Assembly (NCBI GenBank): GCA_002245135.1
Contig: NGBS01000033.1
Location: 1 to 62,680 of the forward strand
Length of the DNA: 62,680 nt
Reading direction: 5' to 3'
From: Proteromonas lacertae
Lineage: Eukaryota
Shown one piece after another: positions 1 through 10,300 of the stretch. Under the pieces are notes generated by a model, which saw only the letters and a list, made by a program, of their open reading frames with translations, was not told the origin of the DNA and did no database searches. Made by a program: the position numbers and the translations under genes. The stretch's first letter is position 1, and the number at the start of each line of letters is the position of its first letter.

Positions 1-1120
1 TACATAGTGTGAATTTCCATCTTCATTTTTTATTAGCAATAGATTTACAACACTATATTTTTTAGATTTCTTTTGTTTAGATAAATGAATGGGTAAGAAT
101 ATTTCTTCTTTATCTTTAGCAATATCAATATAAAAATATATTCACATTTAGATGGTTCTTTGTTTCAAAACTTATCAATAGATTCATTGTCTGTAGCATC
201 AACAGGGAATGTTAACATACTCCAATCATGTTTCTTTTCATACATTTTGTATTTTTCAGGTTTATCTTTATTACATTGAGATTATTAGAATATAATGAGC
301 ATAGTACACTCCACTTAAAAGCATTCATTATCTTCATTTATTACATTGTTAAACATCTAAGACCTTGAAGTTTAGCAGGTAAAACAATAAAACTACTTCC
401 ACTTATCACTTTAAATTTTGTTACATATAATTCAATAGTATTTACTCTATCAAAAGTAAGACCACTTTGAGGATGATTTGAATCATCTTCTGATATTTGT
501 GTAAATATATTCTCCAGTATAGTTTGTATTTCACCTACAGTAGACATTTTTGTTATTTCACATAGTCTACTACGACTAAATATAGAAACTTCATCATCAC
601 TGTCAGTAGACTCATCAGGTATATAAATTGAACGTACAATAAAGAAAATTTGATCATATTCATAGTATCAGCTAGTTCATGTAATATATCTTTGATATCA
701 CTATTATTAACAAAATCATGATAACATTGTTGTGGCGTACTGTAATTTCTATTGTTATAATTGAAAACCCATTTCCTGGTAACACCTTGAGATGATTTAT
801 CAACTTCTCTAGGCATCACGTATTCTATCATTAAATCTTTGATTTTGGTTAGGTTTTGGTAGGGAAGAAGGCATTAATCCACCAAAGAATGTATCAACTG
901 ATTATTGGTATATCATTTTGTTATACTTCTCTTATTTTGAATAGCATCTGTACTAAATAATGGCGCTAATCTTCGTTTTGGAGCTTCTTCTGGTGGTGGT
1001 TCATCTGTATGTTTATGTTTATGATGATGGTGATGCTTATGCTTATGATGTTTATTTTTATTAAAAGTTTGTTCTAGAAGTTTAAAAAATGCTTTTAAAA
1101 GCTTTTTTATGTTTGCTCAT
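1..1120 (-). pseudogene. N-terminal part of Polinton-type protein-primed DNA polymerase B, multiply frameshifted
   Basis: Across frameshifts reads QSGLTFDRVNTIELYV..SGSSFIVLPAKL..NVINEDNECF/KWSVLCSLY..DWSMLTFPV..IDKF, matching the Polinton pPolB GSGW / GSSYIxLP / NxDNxCFKWSV / FPV pattern. Putative His/Lys-rich start at ~1120. Confidence 0.8.
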
Positions 1121-1166
1121 TATATAGACAGAATTCGCCGAAATAAATAAAAAATGGAAATATGAA

Positions 1167-1196
1167 ATTTGATTGGTCGGATGATTTGATTGGTCG
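1167..1196. promoter_or_regulatory. Tandem CCAAT-box-like motif (ATTTGATTGGTCG x2) in a divergent intergenic region
   Basis: 13-bp direct repeat at 1167-1179 and 1184-1196 between the divergent starts at 1120 (-) and 1280 (+). Confidence 0.5.
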
Positions 1197-1279
1197 ACTT
1201 TAAAAATAAAAAGAAATTTTCATTTTCATTTTTCTTGACATTTTTAGTCATTTTTTATTTTCATCTCTCCCTTATATAA

Positions 1280-1963
1280 AATGAGTAACGAAACACCTTA
1301 TGAAGCTACTGATGTAGAATTCAGTGATTACTACAAGAATCCAAAGTTATGTAACAAGTGGATTATTAAAGGAACTGTTGAGAGTATTACAGTTAAGGCC
1401 TACTAAAACTAGTCAATATGTATTGATTACTTTTGTTCATGATTTGGATCATAAAGTTGTAATTAATAATGGAAGAGATTTTGAAACATATTCAGCTGAT
1501 GAAGTGAAATATGTATTGAAACAAATTTATGATAGAAACGAGAATGACTTTATAGAAAAAATCATTCGTGGATATTTGATTAGTGTAGGATGTAGAGAAC
1601 CTCAACATGGTATTAAATACTTCCACAATTTCAATTCTATTATGATATGGGATAATAGTAACTATAGAGTTCCATCTGATGTTGATGTTGGGTAGTAAAA
1701 TTGCTGTAAGTGTTGTTAATAATCAAATCTCTATTAAGAGTAATGGTACTCAAAACTTTGTTAATCATAGAGTTTGTAGTGATATTGTTGGTTATGATGA
1801 AAACCCTGATTTAGCTACAACTATTAGAAGAAGTAATGAGAAGAAAATTAAGAAAGAACAAGCTAATCAAAACAAATTTGTTTCACCTCCAAGAATTAAG
1901 AGAACTAAGATAGAAGATAGTGATTTAATTAGTACTCGTAGACCATTCCCTGCTAAGAAGTAA
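1280..1963 (+). pseudogene. Frameshifted element gene of unknown function (possible OB-fold/SSB-like)
   Basis: ATG 1280 (MSNETPYEATDVEFSDYY..WIIKGTVESITVK) joins ORF 1324-1695 and ORF 1679-1963 through two frameshifts. Beta-strand-like pattern. Confidence 0.45.
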
Positions 1964-2125
1964 TTAGTAATGGTTTTATTAGTGCTGCTAAATCTATTAA
2001 CTTTGGTAATGGTGGTAACACTTTAAGTGATAAGGATTTGGGAGAGGTAGAAGAATGATTTAATTATATTTTAATTCATTAATTCTTTAAATATATATCA
2101 TTCATATTTTTTATATATTGTTTGA

Positions 2126-3286
2126 ATGTCACTACAAGATAAAATAAATGAGTTATACAAAACATATGGTTATTTAAACAAACGAGACTTTATTAATTTC
2201 TCTATAAATGAACTTGAGAATAACTTTAAAAAATCTGACATTAAAAAAGCTAGTAGTGAACTTGTAGAGTCTAAACCAGATTATCAAATCACTGCAACTA
2301 AAAGAAATAGAATTAAATATGAAATTGAAAAGTTACCTGGGTCATATCAAATAGATTTGGTGTTTTTCAACAATACAAAAGTTCCATTTTTGTTAATTAT
2401 AGAAGTTGTTAGTCGTAAGTGTTGGATATATTATGTTAAATCTAAATCAGAAAATGATGTATATCCAGTGTTTGAAAAATGGTTTTATCAGGGTATGCAA
2501 CCTAAGGATGAAAACGCTCGTTTTGTAGGAAGTATATTGTCAGATGAAGAGTCTGGTATTATCTATGGTAAGAAATTTTTAGATTTGTTTAATAAAAATC
2601 ATATACGATTTATACTTAAAGAACGTAATGAACATAATATAATGAAAATATTGGATCGATGTGTGAGAACTATTAAAGATATGTTTTATAGAAAAATTAA
2701 TACATTGTCTGATGAAGAATTTGATAAAATTAACAATATTGAATCATTGTGTAATATAGTATATACTGTTGTAGATGATTACAATGCAAAACCACATTCT
2801 GCACTCAATAATCTAACTCCAAATGAAGTATTCAATGATTTTGAAGTCCAAGATAGATTGTATAAAGAATCCCATGCTAGAAACTTAAAGAAGCGTAAAA
2901 GTGATACTCATTTTAAAACAGATGATTTTGTAAGAATAAAAGAACGTAGAGATAACAAACTTCAAAAAACTACTTATTATACAGATAAAGTATACCAAAT
3001 ACACAAAGTTGGACCGTTTTCATATTCTGTTAAGAACTTGGATGGAACAATACCTAAAGAATTCAATCCTAGAGATATAGGTTCATATAGATTCAAATCA
3101 CATGAAATTAAAAGAGTGCCAGTTAATAGTATTACAACAAATGGTAAGTTTAGATTAAGACAAATTCATAGTATAAATAATGAAGCACAACCTATAGAAC
3201 CAGATATTCAACCAGTACCAGAAGGTAGAAAAAGTAGATATGGTAGAGTATATAAGAAAAATTCAGTATTTAATGATTTCGTATAA
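2126..3286 (+). CDS. Retroviral-like (rve) integrase, Polinton/virophage type
   Basis: YQIDLVFF, ILSDEESG, ILDRCVRTIK, YNAKPHSAL..TPNEV, and C-terminal FKTDDFVRI..VYQIHKV..YSVKNLDG. Intact 386-aa ORF. Confidence 0.9.
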   Translation: MSLQDKINELYKTYGYLNKRDFINFSINELENNFKKSDIKKASSELVESKPDYQITATKRNRIKYEIEKLPGSYQIDLVFFNNTKVPFLLIIEVVSRKCWIYYVKSKSENDVYPVFEKWFYQGMQPKDENARFVGSILSDEESGIIYGKKFLDLFNKNHIRFILKERNEHNIMKILDRCVRTIKDMFYRKINTLSDEEFDKINNIESLCNIVYTVVDDYNAKPHSALNNLTPNEVFNDFEVQDRLYKESHARNLKKRKSDTHFKTDDFVRIKERRDNKLQKTTYYTDKVYQIHKVGPFSYSVKNLDGTIPKEFNPRDIGSYRFKSHEIKRVPVNSITTNGKFRLRQIHSINNEAQPIEPDIQPVPEGRKSRYGRVYKKNSVFNDFV

Positions 3287-3426
3287 CTTTTTATGTTTTT
3301 TATTTATGTTATTTTTTACATATAAAACAAACACCAATTTTCATCAAAGTAATGAATTCAAAGTGCTTTTTCAAGTATATGGATTAAAGCATAAACCAGA
3401 CAAATTTAAAGTATATATATTAATAC

Positions 3427-4545
3427 TTATAAGTTCTTCATCATCTTCTCAAACTCTTCAGCTTTCTTTCTTTTCTCTTCTTCAATTCTCTTCTTAAACT
3501 CTTCTTCCATTTTCTTTTCTAATTCATCGTTTTCTTTTTTCATCTTTTCTTCCATTTGTCTCTTTTGTTCTAATACCCATTTCTTTCTTAACTCTTCTTG
3601 TTGTCTCATATTCTCTTCTTCTTGAAGCATTCTAATAACCACTAATTCTTCTTTTCTTTTCTTTTCTGCTTCTTCTTGTTGTTTTTTCTTTTTTTCTTCA
3701 TCTTCTTGTTTCTTTCTCTCAGCATCTTCATATTTAATTTTCTCTTCTATCTCTTTTTGTTTTTCTTCATCTTTTTTAGTTAATTCATCATTAAAATATT
3801 TCAATTCACCATCCAGAATATCAATATCAGTAACATCAAGAAGTATAGTATCAGACCTTGGTGACATTGGAGGTGTAAAGGTAGGACTTTGGCTACTTAA
3901 TAAATCATCAGCAGATGTTCTTGATTCAGTATCTTTCACAATTATACCCATTGGTTCATCAACAAAATCAGAATCCTTAACAATCTTTCTTTTCTTTAAA
4001 TGAATTAATTCATCATCACTATCAATAACTGCTTTTGTTTTAGGTTTCTTTACAGTATCAGTTCTTCTTTTATAAACTCTTTTAGGTTTTTGAGGTACAG
4101 TTGGTGGTGGTGATTCTTGTTGTGGTTGTTGTTGTTGTTTTAACTGAGGTTGAATAAAAGGTTTAATCGGTTTTACATTTGGTTTTACTACACTCTTCAT
4201 CTCATCGTCACTAAAGTATAAATTCATATACTCATTTTGATCTAATGTCTCTAGATGTTTAATGGGAATTAACTTCTTATTATCAAACTTACATGAAAAG
4301 CAATAATAAACTGCTGTAGCTGACTTCTCTAAGTCGATATAGTTGAATTGTGGTGGACTTTGCTTCTTCTTTGATTTTTTGCTGTCATCATAAGCCAAAC
4401 TTTGAATATACATTTCATCGCAAAATGTCTTTAAATGCTGGATGTTACGACTTACTTTCTGATAGAACTCATAAGCCTGTCCCTTTAATGGGAGCTGGGA
4501 GCATAATTCTGAATTGGTTGGTTGTTTGACTCTGTCTGCTGGCAT
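3427..4545 (-). CDS. Hypothetical element protein with Pro/Gln linker and E/K-rich coiled-coil C-terminus
   Basis: Intact 372-aa intronless ORF. No family recognised. Confidence 0.6.
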   Translation of the reverse strand: MPADRVKQPTNSELCSQLPLKGQAYEFYQKVSRNIQHLKTFCDEMYIQSLAYDDSKKSKKKQSPPQFNYIDLEKSATAVYYCFSCKFDNKKLIPIKHLETLDQNEYMNLYFSDDEMKSVVKPNVKPIKPFIQPQLKQQQQPQQESPPPTVPQKPKRVYKRRTDTVKKPKTKAVIDSDDELIHLKKRKIVKDSDFVDEPMGIIVKDTESRTSADDLLSSQSPTFTPPMSPRSDTILLDVTDIDILDGELKYFNDELTKKDEEKQKEIEEKIKYEDAERKKQEDEEKKKKQQEEAEKKRKEELVVIRMLQEEENMRQQEELRKKWVLEQKRQMEEKMKKENDELEKKMEEEFKKRIEEEKRKKAEEFEKMMKNL

Positions 4546-4729
4546 TTTTGATTGAATGATTGAATAATTAATTTTCTATTAAAGTAAAAAAATGAAAAAA
4601 TAAAATACTGAAAATGAGTAAGAAAAGTGTGAATGAAAAAAACGGTTTTTCTTTATATAATTTTTTAAGGGGGTACAAAAAATAACTTTCAAAATCAAAT
4701 ACGAAAAAAGACTATATATAAAATTAAAT

Positions 4730-5051
4730 ATTTATGAATGGTTTTTGAATTTCAATCTCAGGTTTATTAATAGGAATAATTTCTATTTCTGTTTCTAATT
4801 GCTCTTCATCTTCATTATCACTAACATTTCTAGAATTTATTCTACTATTTTCAGGTGTTAAAGTAAATGGAATAGCAGAAACAATAGTAGATTTACCTAA
4901 AGCTCTATTTATTACAGGTTCTGGTTGATTTAATATCTCAGTGATTTCTGCTGGACAATATCTATGATATAAGACCTTCTTGCTTTAGACTTGTTAATGT
5001 ATCATTCATATCTTTAAGCATAGTTGAATATTGTGTATTATTAAATGACAT
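4730..5051 (-). pseudogene. Small frameshifted ORF
   Basis: MSFNNTQYSTMLKDMNDTL.. continues over two frame breaks to ..DNEDEEQLETEIEIIPINKPE. Not in the ORF track. Confidence 0.35.
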
Positions 5052-5115
5052 TTTATGTGAAATTATTTATATATAAAAACGCATAGAAATATAAAAATGA
5101 ATTTTAAACCAAAAG

Positions 5116-5676
5116 TTAATTAATTATGCAAGTAGGTGATGTAGTTAGATCTACTGTAGCTACCCCCGGGATAGAACTTGTAGATGTTTCTACTTTAGCA
5201 ATATCTACCTTTAGTCGACCCTCGGCAGTGGAACTATTCTCTACTTTACGCTTCTTATCTTCTCCACTATTATCACTTCCTTTCTTTACTTCTTCATATC
5301 TTCTCTTCTTCTTATTTCTACACTCTGTACAAGATTTATAGAATACACCTTCACTCTTATAACCAAATTCATCATTAGCTTTCTTCTTACCACAAGTACT
5401 ACATACTTGTGAATCTGAATCTGACTTTGTTATATCCTTTCTTTTTTTAGGTTTAGATTCGCTTTGTTTTTCTTCCTTCACTTCTTCTTCTTCCATTGTT
5501 ATATCAATATCATCACCTGGTTGTTCACTCCATTCTGGATCATCTTCATACTCTTCAATCACAGAATACATACCATCCAACATATCCTTAAATACTTTAA
5601 TAATTAATGATTTTACATCAGGCATTTCATCTTGTTTTTCAATACTAGCATCGAGTTCATTTTGTAAATCACTCAT
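5116..5676 (-). CDS. Acidic protein with C4 zinc ribbon and basic NLS-like patches
   Basis: CSTCGKKKANDEF..FYKSCTECRNKKKRR. Confidence 0.6.
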   Translation of the reverse strand: MSDLQNELDASIEKQDEMPDVKSLIIKVFKDMLDGMYSVIEEYEDDPEWSEQPGDDIDITMEEEEVKEEKQSESKPKKRKDITKSDSDSQVCSTCGKKKANDEFGYKSEGVFYKSCTECRNKKKRRYEEVKKGSDNSGEDKKRKVENSSTAEGRLKVDIAKVETSTSSIPGVATVDLTTSPTCIIN

Positions 5677-5803
5677 TTTAATTTATGTAAATTATTTCAA
5701 AAATCGCAAGAAATTTATGAATGAAAAGAATTATGTAATATTATGTTTATTTCTATTCAGCCAATCAAAAAACAAAATTCAATTAAAACCAATGATTTAA
5801 GAA

Positions 5804-6156
5804 TTAGTTATGAAATCTTAGTCTTTCTTCAATGATGTTCTTTTCATCAATGCCATAACGCTTTAACATCTTTGTTTTTCTGCGCTCCTCTTCAGGATCA
5901 ACCCATTTTCTAGGACGTATGGTTGCTTGTGCTACTCTAGTTGGTTTATGAATTGCATGCCATTCTTCATACTTTCTATCATCCTCATCAGCTGTATCAG
6001 ATGTATACCACATTACTACTGGAGGTGATGGTGGTGGTGGTTGAGCTACTATTCTAGCTACTTCACTTTCAATGATTGCATAGATTCTTTCAAAGTCTTC
6101 ATCTTCACGCTTACTTCTATCTTCTATATTAACATTCTCGATCCAAATTCTTGACA
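5804..6156 (-). CDS. Hypothetical element protein
   Basis: Likely start MSRIWIENV within ORF 5804-6217. Pro-rich middle. Confidence 0.5.
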
Positions 6157-6298
6157 TTTTTTTGAAATTATGATTGATAAATAACAATAAGAAAAAGTTA
6201 AATGAAATTATATACAAAAAACAAAAGAAAAATTTTAACCCATAAAATTACTCATACACTAAAATATATAAAGAAATTTAAATTCACCACTTCCTCCA

Positions 6299-6415
6299 GT
6301 ATAACCCGTACCAAAAACTAATTTACACTCAAATCGCTTATTCTTACCTGTAGAAGGCACCTAAGAATAGTCTGGTACGGGTTACCCACCTACAGTGATA
6401 TTCTTACGGTTATAC
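6299..6415. repeat. ~117-bp MITE-like insert with inverted termini
   Basis: Left GTATAACCCGTA versus reverse complement of right end GTATAACCGTA. Internal perfect 12-bp inverted repeat 6302-6313/6373-6384. Confidence 0.5.
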
Positions 6416-7275
6416 ATATATTTTTGGTAATGTATTATATATTTTTCTTTAGGATACAAATCAGTTATTAATTTCTCAGTAGCATGGTAAGTACCTCTTT
6501 CTTTATGTATAATACCAAGATTTTCAGCTCTTTCAGTTTGTATATCAGATAACCATTCTTTAGGTATTTTCTTCCTTTCAGGTAACAATGGGTATTCTTT
6601 AAACTTGTCTTGTAGCTCTATAGGTAACTCGATATCAACTTCTAATATATAACCAAAATCATTATTCTCTAATCTATCTTGATCCATTTCTTCATAATAT
6701 GGCAAATCAAGTATACTTTCTAATGTAATAGAATTTGGATCAATAAATTCAAAGTCATCTAAAGGCATTTTACAAGAAGCCATAACTGAAGGGTATAAAG
6801 AATTGTAGTCTTGATATAATAAGAATTTACTAGGTAAAGTTTCATCATAATTTTTCATAAATTTGTTATTAGCATCTTCCTTACGCTTACCAATATATGA
6901 TAATCCACCATATAGACCATTCAATATAAAATCATAGTATTCAGGTTCACAAAGTAATTTAAGTTCCACATCAGATACATGTAAGAATAAATCAAGTGAT
7001 AAGCTGGGTAATGAAATATACCAACAAGGATCTATGTGAAAAGTATCAAATATATTATCTCTAAAATCATTAAATATAGACTGAAGTATATAAACATCGA
7101 TTTTCAAGTAAAATAAATTGTATTCACGTATATTATCAAATCCAAATATTTGATTTACTTCCATAGCAAAATCAAATTCTTCAGGTTTAATAGTTTCATT
7201 ATCATTCAATTTAGACTTAAAATCACCTATAGTAAGATCTTTGAAATTTTCTTCAAAAGCTTCAAGAGATGTCAT
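6382..7275 (-). pseudogene. Internal fragment of Polinton pPolB (ExoIII to polymerase motif A region)
   Basis: YLKIDVYIL, IDPCWYISLPSLS, GLYGGLS, LYQDYNSLYPSVM, GYILEVDIELP, YPLLPE, KLITDLYPKEKYIIHY. Lacks upstream Exo motifs and downstream motifs B/C. Confidence 0.9.
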
Positions 7276-7395
7276 ATGTTTTATATCAAAAGCTTGATAT
7301 GGTTTGTGTTTATTGAAACAGCTATATTTAATAAAGCCTCATTGAATTACTTTACATTCATATTTGATAATTATAGATAATTTGTTTATTTAGTT

Positions 7396-10300
7396 ATGCA
7401 ATCAACATCTTCTTTAGGTCATGGAAAAATAGGGGAAATAGTATTAATAGAAAAGGTATATGGTGACAAAACGTTCTATTATTGTGATGAACCTTTTTTT
7501 TTAGTCAGAGATTGCTTCATTCGTATTTATTGTGAGATAAAGAGTGTTATATCCAACCCTACTGCATCTAAATATCAAAAATGTTTTTTAGTGTTTGGTA
7601 ATGATAGAATTGGTAAGACAACATTCAGCTGTTTTTTAGCATATTGTTTGAACATAGATAAACATTTTCAGGAATATAATATACTACGTTACTCTGCAGA
7701 AAAATCAAGTGTGTTTTATTTTTATCGAGAGGCTTATGGTAAAAGATATGAAGAAATAAAAGATCTACCTGATACAAAGAGGAAAACAATAGTAATCAGC
7801 GATAATCATCCCATTAAAGAAGATGACTACAGTAATGCTGAGATAGTGATTATGGTATCTTCCCCAAATGCAGATAAATACAAAGTTATGAGTTATAAAA
7901 GAGCTCCAGTGCAATTCTATTTACTACCTCTTACACCAGAAGAAATTAACTTCTCTAATAGCATAGAACGTGTATTACGTGAAGTAAACAAATCAGATGG
8001 AATAGAATTTGATCCAGATAAAGATGGTTTACCATCATATATACCAGCATCATACAATGAAAATTGTTATATATATGATACTGACAGGATAGATGTTATT
8101 CCTGATAGAATAAAGTTTAGATCGGAGAAAATAAAAAGAAAAATTCTAATAACGCATTTCAATAGCCCTGGTAAGTTCCAATCTTTATATAAAACCTTTC
8201 AGGATGATAAAAGTAATGGAATGATATATGAAAGAATGTGCCACATTATTATTAAAGATAAGTTGCTTTATAATCAAAATCTTCCATATATAAGTGATAA
8301 TATGTGTTATCATGATAATATGAAAGATTTTGTTAAATATCTTAACTCAGATGTAATGTTCCACGGAAAAGACTATATTAAAAAACATCATCTTATAATT
8401 GATACATTATATGTTGATTTTGGTACAATTAAAGACTTTCCAGCTATTGATGGCTGTATAATTAATAAATTCAATATTACATCTGTTCAAATGACTGTTA
8501 AAAATAAACATCCTACAAAAGATAGTGTGATTGTATTTCTGAATGTATTTATATATATTATTATATTTGATTAGATGATATATGATCGTCATAAGAAAGA
8601 GATAATGAAATATATATTAAATGCAACTAATTCATTTCCAGCAGCATTTTCACAAGAGTCTTCACTTTATGAACTTGGTTATATACCAAGTAGTTTAAAG
8701 AAATATATAATATTCAAAATGGATCAACGTAAAAGAATTCTATGTGAAAGTTATGTATATTTTATTATTTTTAATTTGTTTATAGTTTTTAATCAATGAA
8801 ATCAACTGTAGAAAATACATCGACTCTAATTTGATGAATATGTATAGTGCTGATAGACAGACTGAATTTAAGAATGTTATGGATAGTGATATAAATCAGT
8901 TTAATAAATTAAAGAATAAATTATTCACTAATCATAATGGTGTATTGAAATGTATAAAAGAAAATGATCTAAATGGATTAGTAAAATTTTTTAAAGAACA
9001 ATTAAAATCAATCTTACAACAATTAAATGAAGAATATGATAGATATACTACACAATTATTACATATTTCTGAGCCAATTGAAATATATAGACTTAGAATC
9101 AGATTAACCATGTTTAACAATATTGTAGATATAATTGATAGACAATTAGAACAATCAGTAAAATCAATTAATGATGAAAAACTTAACACCTCAATAAATG
9201 ATTTAAAGAATCAGATAGATTGTTTAAAAAAACAAACATTAGATGCAATAACTGCCTTAGATAATCAGTTTAAAAATCAATTGAGAGAACAACATGAATT
9301 GAAACTAATAGAAGAATTACATAACGAAATTGAAATGATAAAAGAGCAACCACAAGAATTGCTTGACAGATTGAATTATTTTCTTGATCAGTTACAACCA
9401 GGTGAATTATTTACAGAATTAGTTTATTTAATTTCATCATTACAAAAGAACTTATCTGATATATCAAACAGAATAAATACATTATACGATGAAATAACAA
9501 AAATTCAAAATGATGCAGAAATGTTAAATGAAATATGTGATGATGTAGAATTATTGAAGATTCATCTCTATATGATAGATAGGCTGTTTCAATCATATTT
9601 ACAGTTTAACTTGGACAATGATCTTGAAACATGTTTATCATATTTCAGACTTTTCCTTAAATATTTTAAAGCAGATATGAACATAGAAGGTAATGATGAT
9701 GACAAGGAAATATCTACTGAAGAATTAAACAATTTGCATAATGAACTTCTTTCATTACAATATCAACTCCAATTGTTAAGTATATACGATCTTGAAGTAG
9801 GAAATGAATTAGTGAAGAATAAAATGAATTCTGAAATAGGAGAATATAGTGAAGATTACAAAAAGTTGTTGCATGATTTAGATGATTATTTAATCGATGA
9901 ATATTACATTAGTTTAGATTTTAAAGAGAGAGAAGATATGAAGAATCAAATTATTGCTGTATATTATTATGTTTTATTATTATTATTATAGTCAATTGCC
10001 AGTAATACAAGCTATGATATTAATGAATTAAACAGATGTAATCCAATATTTACTATTATATTTGTTACATTTCAAAATGAAATAGTTGATGGTAAACCTA
10101 TAGAAAGTGAAGAAGATTTTAGACATTTTGGCAATGAATTACAAAATGAAATGATAAAAGAAATGAATGACATTTATATTTGGGATTTTGTATATCCTTC
10201 TAAAAGGCCAAGAACAAAAATAACAAAACCAGAAAAATATTCTTTAGATAAAAACCAAAAGAGTATAATAAAATCTATAAAATCAAAAAGACTTAGATTT

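Larger units (their letters stand above)
1..7277. mobile_element. Decayed endogenous Polinton/Maverick-like element (replication/integration block), running off the left edge
   Basis: Intronless gene cluster with two protein-primed PolB fragments, a Polinton-type rve integrase and several orphan ORFs. No terminal inverted repeat identified. Confidence 0.85.
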
